Source of the DNA: an uncultured Gemmatimonadales bacterium
GTDB lineage: Bacteria; Gemmatimonadota; Gemmatimonadetes; Gemmatimonadales; Gemmatimonadaceae
Assembly: GCA_963701965.1 (NCBI GenBank)
Contig: OY969695.1
Location: 1,216,001 to 1,280,000 of the forward strand
DNA: 64,000 bases
Reading direction: 5' to 3'
The notes beneath the pieces are model-generated. The model saw only the letters and a list, made by a program, of their open reading frames with translations, did no database searches and was not told where the DNA came from. The translations under genes were made by a program, and so were the position numbers. Positions 48,830-58,128 of this stretch are shown in pieces (the stretch's first letter is position 1; every line of letters starts with the position of its first letter).

Positions 48830-50142
48830 GCGGTCGCCCGCGCGTCGTCATCGTTGGCGGCGGGTTCGGCGGACTCAGCGCGGCGCGCGCATTCGCCCGG
48901 GCACCCGTGCAGGTGACGCTGATCGATCGCCACAACTATCACCTGTTCCGGCCCCTGCTTTACCAGTCGGCCACAGGACTTCTTTCCGCCGACGAAATCG
49001 CGGTGCCGCTGCGCGCTATCCTGCGCCGGTCTCCAAACATCGAGGTCCTGATGGCCGAGGTGACGGGGGTAGACGGCGAGCACCACGCCGTCTTGGCCGG
49101 CGATGATCGCATTGCCTACGACTACCTCGTGCTGGCCACCGGCGCCGAATACAACTACTTCGGCCACGCCGACTGGCAGCGGGTGGCGCCCAGTATGATG
49201 TCGGTGTGGGATGCGGGAAGGGTCCGTGGGCATATTCTGCGCGCCTTCGAAGTGGCCGAAGGCGCGGCCCGGGCGGGCGCCGACCAGACGGTTCTGCGAG
49301 AGTGGTTGACGTTCGCCCTGGTGGGCGGCGGGACCACGGGCGTGGAGCTCGCGGGGTCGATCGCGGAGCTCGCGCACCAATCACTCGCGGGCGACTTCCG
49401 GCATATCGATCCCAAAGCGGCGCGTATCGTCCTGATCGAAGCTGCCCCCCGGCTCCTTCCCGACTTTCCGGAGTCCCTGGCCACCGCCGCGCGGCGGCGG
49501 TTGGAACGATTAGGGGTGGAGGTCCGCACCAACACATCGGCCCAGCACATCGACGGCACCGGTCTGACCATCGCGGACGAGCGCATCGCGAGCCGGACCA
49601 TCCTGTGGGCAGCGGGCGTGCATGCGTCGCCCGCGGGCCGGTGGCTGTCCGCGCCGATGGACCGCAACGGCCGCGTCTTGGTCAATCCCGACTTCACGGT
49701 TCCCATGCAACCCGACGTGTACGTCATCGGTGACGCCGCTCACCTCGTAGCACCCGCCCGCAACCTGCTCGGGCGTCCGATGCGGGGAGTCGAACAACTC
49801 CCGGGCGTCGCGCAACCGGCGATCCAAGCCGGCCGATATGTGGCGTCGCACATCATCCGGCGCGTTCGCGGGGCGCCGCCGCGCGCATTTTGGTACTGGG
49901 ACAAGGGCAATCTCGCCATCGTCGGACGCACCTTCGCGATCGCCGACCTCAAGGGGGTCCGGTTTTCCGGATTTTTCGGATGGTTGCTGTGGATCGGTGT
50001 CCACATCTACTACCTCATCGGCTTCGGCAATCGCACGGTGGTACTCGCGCAGTGGGCGGGCGCCATCCTGTTCAATCGACGAAGTGTCCGGATCTTTCCG
50101 CCCTCCGGTCGCAATACCACGACGCCCTTCCACGCCGACTGA
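48826..50142 (+). CDS. ndh: Type II NADH dehydrogenase
   Basis: VVIVGGGFGG, NYHLFRPLLYQ.ATG, GGGTTGVELAG, LWAAGV, IGD, PGVAQPAIQAG, DKGNLAIVGR. Confidence 0.92.
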   Translation: MSGRPRVVIVGGGFGGLSAARAFARAPVQVTLIDRHNYHLFRPLLYQSATGLLSADEIAVPLRAILRRSPNIEVLMAEVTGVDGEHHAVLAGDDRIAYDYLVLATGAEYNYFGHADWQRVAPSMMSVWDAGRVRGHILRAFEVAEGAARAGADQTVLREWLTFALVGGGTTGVELAGSIAELAHQSLAGDFRHIDPKAARIVLIEAAPRLLPDFPESLATAARRRLERLGVEVRTNTSAQHIDGTGLTIADERIASRTILWAAGVHASPAGRWLSAPMDRNGRVLVNPDFTVPMQPDVYVIGDAAHLVAPARNLLGRPMRGVEQLPGVAQPAIQAGRYVASHIIRRVRGAPPRAFWYWDKGNLAIVGRTFAIADLKGVRFSGFFGWLLWIGVHIYYLIGFGNRTVVLAQWAGAILFNRRSVRIFPPSGRNTTTPFHAD

Positions 50143-50185
50143 CGTGGGAGGGCGTTCCCCTCATGAGAGGCATCCCAACCGGATG

Positions 50186-50521
50186 CTACTCGTGATGATC
50201 CGGCACCGTCTGGGCGTGCGCGGCCTTGCCCTGCGCGTACCGCTGCGCGAGGTCGTCGTTCTCGTGGGCGTGTCGCTGCACGCGCTGATCCGACGATTCG
50301 TCGGCGCGAGGGTTCGCGACCTCCTGACTGTGCCGGGCGTCCATCTCGCTCCGCTGGCGATGGTAGTCCTGGTCCAGCGGACCGGAATCCCAGGCGACCA
50401 CCGTGGTCGAGTAACTCGGATCGGGCTCGCTTCGCGCGTGCCCGCCGTAGGAGCTGCAGCCGGCGAGCGTGGCGAGACTGGTGAGGAGAGTCAGGACCTG
50501 CACAGAGCGTGGAACGCGCAT
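50186..50521 (-). CDS. Small lipoprotein
   Basis: Lipobox LAGC; charged His/Gln-rich helical body. Confidence 0.6.
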   Translation of the reverse strand: MRVPRSVQVLTLLTSLATLAGCSSYGGHARSEPDPSYSTTVVAWDSGPLDQDYHRQRSEMDARHSQEVANPRADESSDQRVQRHAHENDDLAQRYAQGKAAHAQTVPDHHE

Positions 50522-50673
50522 GGGCCCTCCCGGGCCGCAAGTGTGGCACGACGCGCAAGTCGGTAAGTCCGCCATGCGCGCGCGCCATCACTGCCTGGAT
50601 CAATATATTGCGCACAACTATATAATGCCAGGCCAAATTGAATAACATTTACTTTTGCACTATATTATTGCTC

Positions 50674-50901
50674 ATGACACAGGAGAGGACACGGACCCTG
50701 TACGCCGATCGCCTCGGCACGGCCGTCGACCCACGATCCGCCGTAGGCATGGCGCGCGCGACCCTCGGGCATGACGCGGCACGCGGCCAATGGCGCCGGC
50801 CCCGTGCCTCTCGCGCCGGCGTCGAAGTGGTGGGACTCGTCCTGTGGTGGGGCATCGTGACCGCCGTGCTGATCGCGGGCGTGACGTACGCCATGCGATA
50901 G
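50674..50901 (+). CDS. Small membrane protein
   Basis: C-terminal TM; lies downstream of an AT-rich intergenic region (50600-50670). Confidence 0.45.
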   Translation: MTQERTRTLYADRLGTAVDPRSAVGMARATLGHDAARGQWRRPRASRAGVEVVGLVLWWGIVTAVLIAGVTYAMR

Positions 50902-50909
50902 AGGCTGAC

Positions 50910-51260
50910 TCAGCGTGCCGCGAGCGCCTGCTCCGCCTGCCACAGGTGTCGCCGCTCGTGCGCCAACGTCACCAGAAAGTACGAGAGGAGATTGTAGCGC
51001 ACCCGGGCGTTGAATAGCGACGCCACGCGGATGGCGTCGAGCTGGAGCCCGTCCGCCTCGACGAGGCACGCGCGCTGGCGCTCCTGCGACTGTTGGAACA
51101 GCGGCCACGCCGGTGTACCGTGCGTCGTCACCGCGGGGTCGATGGTCGGGATCGTGTTCACGCGCACGCGATAGGCGGCTCGAGTGTCCAGGCGAGGATC
51201 CGGCCGACGAGGTCGGGGCGGCTCGGTTTGCGCTGCACTACACCGCGGCGCCTGGCGTCG
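50910..51260 (-). pseudogene. Duplicated 3' part of dinB-family gene
   Basis: Aligns colinearly with 52060-52411 with scattered substitutions and a 1 nt indel; no 5' end. Confidence 0.85.
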
Positions 51261-51324
51261 CCACGCACGTTTGATTTGCTTAGCACCCAGCCGATCCTTC
51301 CGGTGCCTCGACACGGCACCAACG

Positions 51325-51346
51325 GTATTACTATTCTCTGTAATAC
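51325..51346. promoter_or_regulatory. Putative TA autoregulatory operator
   Basis: Inverted repeat GTATTAC-N8-GTAATAC just upstream of the antitoxin. Confidence 0.6.
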
Positions 51347-51364
51347 TCATACCAGGACCGAGCA

Positions 51365-51643
51365 GTGAAAATCACGTCGAAAGGCCAGGTGACGATCCCC
51401 CAGGATGTCCGCGAGCAACTCGGACTGCTTCCCCACACGGAGGTCCGGTTCCGCGTGCAAGGGCGTGTGGCGGTCCTCGAGAAAATGCCCGGGGCTGGAC
51501 GGCGAGGCACGGACCTCGTGAGCCGCATGCGGGCTACCGCCACGGTACGAATGACGACCGATGATATCCTCGCGCTCACGCGCGCAGCATCGCCGGCCCT
51601 CCGCGACACATCGCCAGTTCGGCGGCCCCGGTCTCCCCGATAG
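51365..51643 (+). CDS. AbrB/MazE-type antitoxin
   Basis: KITSKGQVTIPQDVREQLGLLPHTEVRF...MTTDDILALTR. Confidence 0.92.
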   Translation: MKITSKGQVTIPQDVREQLGLLPHTEVRFRVQGRVAVLEKMPGAGRRGTDLVSRMRATATVRMTTDDILALTRAASPALRDTSPVRRPRSPR

Positions 51644-51650
51644 CCGCCCC

Positions 51651-52055
51651 ATGGCCGTGGTCCTGGTTGACGCCAACGTTCTGCTCGACATCGTGACCGA
51701 AGATCCGACCTGGTCCGCGTGGTCGGCGAATGCCCTGGCGACCGCCGCAGACTCGGCGACGCTGGCGATCAATCCCGTCATCTACGCCGAGGTATCACTC
51801 GGGTTCGAAAAGATTGAGGATTTGGAGGCGGCACTCCCGACCAATGCCTTCCGGCGTGATCCGATCCCTTGGGAGGCGGCATTCCTCGCCGGCAAATGCT
51901 TTCTTGCCTACCGCCGGCGCGGGGGCGCGAAACGCACACCCCTTCCCGATTTTTTCATCGGTGCCCACGCCGCGGTGCGCGGCCACACGCTACTGACGCG
52001 CGCCCCCGCGCGCTACCACACCTACTTCCCCACCGTACGCTTGATCCACCCGTAA
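51651..52055 (+). CDS. vapC: VapC PIN toxin
   Basis: LVDANVLLDI, INPVIYAEVS, AFLAGK.F..YRRRGG, PLPDFFIGAHA, LLTR. Confidence 0.92.
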   Translation: MAVVLVDANVLLDIVTEDPTWSAWSANALATAADSATLAINPVIYAEVSLGFEKIEDLEAALPTNAFRRDPIPWEAAFLAGKCFLAYRRRGGAKRTPLPDFFIGAHAAVRGHTLLTRAPARYHTYFPTVRLIHP

Positions 52056-52059
52056 CGCA

Positions 52060-52614
52060 TCACCGTCCCGCGAGCGCCCGCTCCGCCTGCCACAGGTGTC
52101 GCCGCTCGTGCGCCAACGTCACGAGAAAGTACGACAGGAGGTTGTACCGCACCCGGGCGTTGAATAACGACGCCACGCGGACCGCGTCGAGCTGGAGGCC
52201 GTCCGCCTCGGCGAGGCGTGCGCGCTGGCGCTCCTGCGACTGTTGGAACAGCGGCCACGCGGGAGTACGGTGCGTCGTCACCGTGGGGTCGATGGTCGGG
52301 ATCGTCTTCGCGCGCACGCGATATGGCGGCTCGAGTGTCCAGGCGAGGATCCGGCCGACAATGTCGGGGCGGCTCGGTCGGCGCTGCACCAAACCGCGGC
52401 GCCGGGCGTCGGCGATCGCGGCGCCGATGATGGGATCGTAGCAATCGGCCGTCAGCGTGAGGTGGGACAGACACTGGTTCGCGGACCAGCGGCCGCCCGG
52501 CGCCGGCGCATCGAGCACCGCGGCATCCGCGCCGCCCGCGTCACTGACGAGCGTACGCGCCCGCTCCGTCGCGGCGTCGAGCGCGGCCATGAGATCGGGG
52601 AGCGGCGGCATCAT
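52060..52614 (-). CDS. DinB family protein
   Basis: GRWSANQCLSHL...LAHERRHLWQA. Confidence 0.88.
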   Translation of the reverse strand: MMPPLPDLMAALDAATERARTLVSDAGGADAAVLDAPAPGGRWSANQCLSHLTLTADCYDPIIGAAIADARRRGLVQRRPSRPDIVGRILAWTLEPPYRVRAKTIPTIDPTVTTHRTPAWPLFQQSQERQRARLAEADGLQLDAVRVASLFNARVRYNLLSYFLVTLAHERRHLWQAERALAGR

Positions 52615-52739
52615 GTGAAACAAGGTAGCGCCGTGCGCCGCGTGCCGTCACATCGTGAAAGTGGCCGCTGGCGCGATCCGTTCCGCCGCCGGCGACGGGC
52701 GGCGTGGCGCCGCCGCTGGCGCGCGCCGACGTTGGGTCC

Positions 52740-54268
52740 ATGCATCGCACACCCCTCGCCGTACTCGCCAGTCTCGCCGCCGCTGGCTTCGCTGGTGCGC
52801 AATCCCCCCCGCGCCCGCGCCCTGGATAATGTGGCCGCCGGCCCGCGAGACATGCCGGGCGTCCTCCGATGCCGCCGGGCCTACGCTGGCCAAGGCGCGC
52901 AAAGCGCTGGGTCTCGATCGCCCAGCCACCGTGCTCCGCCTCTCGGCGTACGAGATCACGGTCCACAACTACGAGTCGGACCGCCCGTATCGACCGTACC
53001 TCGCATCCGCCGGCGACCAAATCCGCTGGGTCGATCTGGCAACAGGCGTCACGCGCGACTCGACGACCAATGTCATGGGCCCCAGAGGCGTCGTCCTCAG
53101 TGGCGACCGGACCGCGGTCACGCAGAGTGATAGCGGGTGGCACCAGAACGACATCGCCTGGACCGCCGCGGAACGCAAACGCGCCTTCGAGGCGCCACTC
53201 GTCGTGCGCGCCTGGTCAGCGAGCCCGGACGTGCGCGTGGTCGGCCGCTGCCTCTACAAGGACTACGACCGCATCGTCCTCGAACGGTCGGGCGTCTATG
53301 GTCCCGAACGACTCTACATCGATCCCAAGACAGGGTTCCTCGCCAAGCTCGATCGCGACGAGCCGCACTACTTGTGGGGCCAGAACCACGTCGAGTACGT
53401 GTACGCCACGTGGAATCTGTTTGGCGATCTGGTCCTGCCTGTCTCTACGACTCGGGTCATCGACGGCGACGAAGAGGTCGTCCGCACGATCACGGATGTC
53501 ACCCATGTCCGCGCCGACTCGGCGCCGTCCCTCGCGCTGGCTGCGGCGACGAAACCATCCGCCGTCGAGCTCCCGCTGTTTCTCCACCCGGCGCCCGTCG
53601 ACACGGTCCGCCTTGGCCCGCACACCTACGTGCTCAAGAATCGCGGGTACAACGAGGTGATCTCGCTCGAGGGCGACACGGTCTACGTGCTCGACGCCAC
53701 GCAGAGCGAAACCCGCGCCCGCACCGACTCGGCGTGGATCGGCCGGCTCTTTCCGGGACCGCACCCGGTGGTGGTCGTCGTCACCGATCTCGCGTGGCCT
53801 CACGTCGCCGGAGTGCGATTCTGGGTCGCCAGCGGCGCGACGATCGTCTCCCGCGACATCTCGCGCGACTTTCTGCGTGCGGTCGTCGCCCGCCAGTGGA
53901 CGCTCCATCCCGACAAGCTGGCGGCCACCGGCGCGCGCACGCCCTTCCGGTTCCGCGCCGTGCACGACTCGCTGGTGACACCCCACATCGCGCTCTACGC
54001 CATCAATGGCATCGGCAGCGAAGGCGCGCTCATGGCGTTCCTGCCTGGCCTCCACGTGCTGTGGGCCAGCGACTTCGTCCAGCAGCTCCAGGCGCCCGCA
54101 CTATACACGGCCGAGGTGTACGCCGCCGCCTGCCGCGTCGGCATCGCACCGACCCGCGTGGTGGGCGAGCACCAACCGGTGGCCGACTGGTCGACCCTCA
54201 CGACCCTCGTGCAAAGCCAACCGCTCGCGGGCCCCGCGTCGTTCGCCCCGCCAGGAAGGAGCTGCTAG
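52740..54268 (+). CDS. Secreted protein with C-terminal MBL-fold-like domain, frameshift at C7 run 52804-52810
   Basis: Signal peptide MHRTPLAVLASLAAAGFAGAQ joins the main ORF if one C is added; VVVTDLAWPHVAGVR resembles a degenerate THxHxDH motif. Confidence 0.65.
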
Positions 54269-54316
54269 AACGGCCTGGGCTGGCAGCAGCGATGTCCGAT
54301 ACGCATCGTTGCTGCC

Positions 54317-55192
54317 ATGCCGAACGCCCAGCCCGTTGCACCTGAACCCCCTGTCCCGCGTATCCCTTGGATTGCGGCTCTCCTCACTGTCCCCTTAGCG
54401 GGACTCGGGCATCTCTACGCGGGCGCCCCTCGGCGGGCGCTCGCGGCGTGGTTGCTCGCCTTCGTCACGATCATGCTCGTATTCCCACTCGCGGTCGCGT
54501 TACCCACCCAGGTTGGCTTCGCCGTCCCGTGGGTTCTTCTGCTGTCTCTCGAGGCAGCACTGATCACCGATGCCGTGCGCACGGCCCGGCGCGCGTCTCC
54601 GACGTTCGTGCCGCGCCCGTACAATCGTTGGTACGTCTATGTGTGCCTCATCTTCTTCTCTGGCCAAACACTACACCGCCCGCTCAAGTCGTTCATCGAA
54701 CGCCACATCTATCGTGCCTATCGCATCCCATCGGAGAGCATGGCTCCTACGATCCTGGTTGGCGACCACTTGTACGCAACGCCGTTGCGGGGCGCCATCC
54801 ACCGGGGTGACAACGTGATCTACCCGTACTCCGGAAAGACGTTCGTCAAACGGGTTATCGGGCTCCCTGGCGACACGCTCTCCATGAATAGCGACAGTCT
54901 CTGGATCAACGGCCGTCGCGTGCCAGAGCCTTACATGACCCCGAGCTCAGACGTCGCGTCCCCAACGAGCGTGTCGCGCCACCCGACGATGTCGACGTGG
55001 GGTCCGGTCGTCGTTCCCGCGCACTCGTATTTCGTGATGGGAGACAATCGCGGGTCGAGCCTCGACAGCCGCTACTTCGGGTTTGTGAACGCCGACTCGG
55101 TGAGCGAGCGACCGCTCGGCATCTACTTCTCTCGCGATCCAGTGTCGGGCTCGATCCGCTGGAAACGGCTCGGGGCGAGCGTGGAACGCTGA
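54317..55192 (+). CDS. lepB: Signal peptidase I
   Basis: IPSESMAPTILVGD, FVKRVIGLPGD, YFVMGDNRGSSLDSRYFG; multi-TM N-terminus. Confidence 0.93.
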   Translation: MPNAQPVAPEPPVPRIPWIAALLTVPLAGLGHLYAGAPRRALAAWLLAFVTIMLVFPLAVALPTQVGFAVPWVLLLSLEAALITDAVRTARRASPTFVPRPYNRWYVYVCLIFFSGQTLHRPLKSFIERHIYRAYRIPSESMAPTILVGDHLYATPLRGAIHRGDNVIYPYSGKTFVKRVIGLPGDTLSMNSDSLWINGRRVPEPYMTPSSDVASPTSVSRHPTMSTWGPVVVPAHSYFVMGDNRGSSLDSRYFGFVNADSVSERPLGIYFSRDPVSGSIRWKRLGASVER

Positions 55193-55268
55193 CGCAAGAA
55201 TGTCACGATTGCGCCGCAGGCCGTTTCGCCCTTGCGGCGCCTGAGCGGCCCGCCAAGTTCTTCGCCGT

Positions 55269-56507
55269 ATGGCGACCAAGCGCACCGTGCACGCCCTGGA
55301 TCCGGCCAAGCTGCAGGCCAGTCGCGTGCACCACCCGGGCCCCGGACGCGGGCGGAACTTCGGCGCCGAGCGGCTGCCGGCGGCATTTCAGACCATCGTC
55401 GATCCCACCAAGCACCCGACGCAACCGTGGCGCGACCTGCCGGCGCCCACCGGCCCCGCGCCCTATCATCTCAATCTGGATACCGTGCTGAGCGACGCCG
55501 CGATCCAGGCCATCAATACGTCCGGGCGGATGGTGTTTCACGCCGTCGGCGATACCGGCGGCGTCAACACCAACACGTATATCGACAACGTCGCCAGCTA
55601 CATGGAAAAGGACTTCGGCGGCGCCGACGCCACGCGGCACCCCTCGTTCTACTACCACCTCGGCGACGTCGTGTATTACAATGGCGAAACGGCGAACTAC
55701 TACGCCGAATTCTACGAGCCATACAACACCTATCCCGCGCCCATCTTCGCCATCCCCGGCAACCATGACGGCGACGTCGACCCCATAGCCAAAGAGCCCA
55801 GCCTCGCCGCCTTCGTCAACAACTTCTGCGCCCAGATCGCGCGCCACACGCCCGAGGCGCAGGACGCGCCGCGCGACGCCATGACGCAACCCAACGTCTA
55901 TTGGACGTTGGCCACGCCCCTGGCGACCATCATTGGGTTGTACAGCAATTGCCCCGAAGGCGGCGTGCTGGCGCCGGCCCAGATCGCGTGGTTCGAGTCC
56001 GAGCTCGCCAGCGCGCCCCACGACCGCGCCCTCATCGTCGCCGTCCACCACCCGCTCTACTCGGCGTACGGACCGCACCCGGGCAGCCAACACCTCTATA
56101 GCGTGTTCGACAGCGCCTGCACCACGACCGGCCGCGTGCCCGATCTCGTTCTCTCCGGGCACGTCCACGACTACCAGCGATTCACGGGCATATTGGCAGG
56201 CCAGCACGTCCCCTGCATCATCGCCGGCGCCGGCGGCTACAGCGCGCGGCTCCACGTCCTCGCCAATGCCTTCCACACCACGAAGCTGCCCATCACCATG
56301 ACGACGGGCACCGGCGTGCTGGAGAGCTTCTGCGACCAGGACCACGGCTACCTGAGGATCGAGGTCACGAAAAAGCACATCGTGTGCGCGTACCACGCCG
56401 TCCCCAAGCCCGGCGCCAAAGCGCCCGCGACCCTCGCCCCGTTCGACTCCGTGACCGTCGCCATCCGGAAGAGCGGCGTCAGCGGGCGCGCGGCAGGTGG
56501 AAAGTGA
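55269..56507 (+). CDS. Calcineurin-like metallophosphoesterase
   Basis: VGDTG, HLGDVVY, IPGNHD, HHP, SGHVHDYQR. Confidence 0.9.
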   Translation: MATKRTVHALDPAKLQASRVHHPGPGRGRNFGAERLPAAFQTIVDPTKHPTQPWRDLPAPTGPAPYHLNLDTVLSDAAIQAINTSGRMVFHAVGDTGGVNTNTYIDNVASYMEKDFGGADATRHPSFYYHLGDVVYYNGETANYYAEFYEPYNTYPAPIFAIPGNHDGDVDPIAKEPSLAAFVNNFCAQIARHTPEAQDAPRDAMTQPNVYWTLATPLATIIGLYSNCPEGGVLAPAQIAWFESELASAPHDRALIVAVHHPLYSAYGPHPGSQHLYSVFDSACTTTGRVPDLVLSGHVHDYQRFTGILAGQHVPCIIAGAGGYSARLHVLANAFHTTKLPITMTTGTGVLESFCDQDHGYLRIEVTKKHIVCAYHAVPKPGAKAPATLAPFDSVTVAIRKSGVSGRAAGGK

Positions 56508-57996
56508 ACCTCGAGCCCTCGCCCACCGTGCTGGCCACCGTCAGCTCACCGCCCATCCCGCGCGCCAACTCGCGGCTGATCGCCAGGCCCAATCCCACGC
56601 CCGCGTCGCTGCCGCCCACGACCCGTCCGACCTGAACGAACGGCTCGAACACCTGCTCCAGATGGTCCGCGGGAATGCCCCGCCCCGTGTCCTGGACGAC
56701 AACGGACAGCATCCCATCGCCATCGGGTGAGTCGCAGCGCAACACGACCTCGCCCCCCGCGCGCGTGAACTTGACCGCGTTGGAGAGCAGGTTCACGATC
56801 ACCTGCAGGATCTTGTCGCGATCCCCGAGCGCCCGAAACGCGGGATCGCAGCCGACAAACGCGAACGCCACCCCTTTGCTGCGCGCTTGCGGTTCGATCA
56901 TCCCCGCCGACTCCGCCAACACGTCCAGAATCGGCAACGGCGCCATCGCGAACTGGATCTGCGCCGCTTCCAGCTTCGCGTAATTGAGGACATCGTTGAT
57001 CAACGCCAGCAAGTGCGTCCCCGCCCGCTTGATCCGGCGCAGATCCTCCGCCTGCTCCGCGGTGACCGGACCGCGCACGCCCGTCTCCAACAACTCGGCA
57101 TAGCCGATCGTCGCGTTGAGCGGCGTCCGGAGCTCATGACTCATCGTCGTCAGGAACTCCGACTTGGCGCGATTCGCCGCCTCCGCCTCGGACCGCGCGC
57201 GCCGCTCCTCGTCCTGCGTGTCCAACAGCTCTTCGTTCGACGCCTCGAGCTCCGCCTGCTGCGTCTCCAACTCCACCGCCTGCTCGTGCAGCTGCGCGTT
57301 CTGCATCTCCAACTCGTGCCGCTGCTCGGTCAAGAGCCCGTTGGCCCGCGTTTGCGCGTTGGCGTACCGCGCCAACAGTCCGTTGACGAGCACCGCCAGG
57401 AACACCGACAGCGCCGTGCCCGCGATGACCACGAAGACGACCATCTGGCGTTCCCGGGTCGCGGCGCCGGACCGCTCGATCAACAACCGCGCCTCCTCGT
57501 CGTCCACGGCCTGCATGGTCGCGCGCAGCTGCTGCATGACCGCGGAGCCGTGGTCGATATGGCGGGTCAACAGCGGAGACCGCGGAGCGGCGCCGGAGTG
57601 GCTCACCGCGATCGTCGAGTCCATCTCGGCGACCTTGGACTCGATCAGCGTCGCCAGGGTATCGAGGCGCGCCAGTTGCCGCGGGTTGTCGTTCGTCAAC
57701 GCGCGGAGCGCGCCGAGATCCACCACGGCTTCCCGCTTCGCGGCGCCCAGCGTGTCCAGGTACGCCGGGTTCCCCGTCAGCAAATAGCCGCCCTGATGGG
57801 TATCCAGATCCTGAAGACTGGAGAGGAGGTCGGCCGATCGCAGCTGGACCTCCAGGGTGTGGCGCACCCACCCCTCGCTCGCGATCGCGTCCCGCATGCT
57901 CCACAGCGTCGCCAGACCGACCAGCAACACGACCAGCGCCGGACCAACGACGGCCGCCAGGTTCCTATACGGCCGCTCCCGCGGAACGACAGTCAA
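56479..57996 (-). CDS. CHASE3 sensor histidine kinase
   Basis: WVRHTLEV...GYLLTGN...LTNDNP.Q; MSHELRTPLN, NLLSNAVKFT, DTGRGI, GLGLAIS. Confidence 0.94.
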   Translation of the reverse strand: MTVVPRERPYRNLAAVVGPALVVLLVGLATLWSMRDAIASEGWVRHTLEVQLRSADLLSSLQDLDTHQGGYLLTGNPAYLDTLGAAKREAVVDLGALRALTNDNPRQLARLDTLATLIESKVAEMDSTIAVSHSGAAPRSPLLTRHIDHGSAVMQQLRATMQAVDDEEARLLIERSGAATRERQMVVFVVIAGTALSVFLAVLVNGLLARYANAQTRANGLLTEQRHELEMQNAQLHEQAVELETQQAELEASNEELLDTQDEERRARSEAEAANRAKSEFLTTMSHELRTPLNATIGYAELLETGVRGPVTAEQAEDLRRIKRAGTHLLALINDVLNYAKLEAAQIQFAMAPLPILDVLAESAGMIEPQARSKGVAFAFVGCDPAFRALGDRDKILQVIVNLLSNAVKFTRAGGEVVLRCDSPDGDGMLSVVVQDTGRGIPADHLEQVFEPFVQVGRVVGGSDAGVGLGLAISRELARGMGGELTVASTVGEGSRFTFHLPRAR

Positions 57997-58128
57997 TTCG
58001 GTCAGAGCGCGGCATTCTCCATAAACGCCGGAATTTCGCCGCTCCTGCCCCCAGGCGCCAGCGGCGATTTAACGACAGTTTGACACTTCCGCATGGCGCG
58101 ATGACACTCGCGTCCCCACGTTGCGCCG

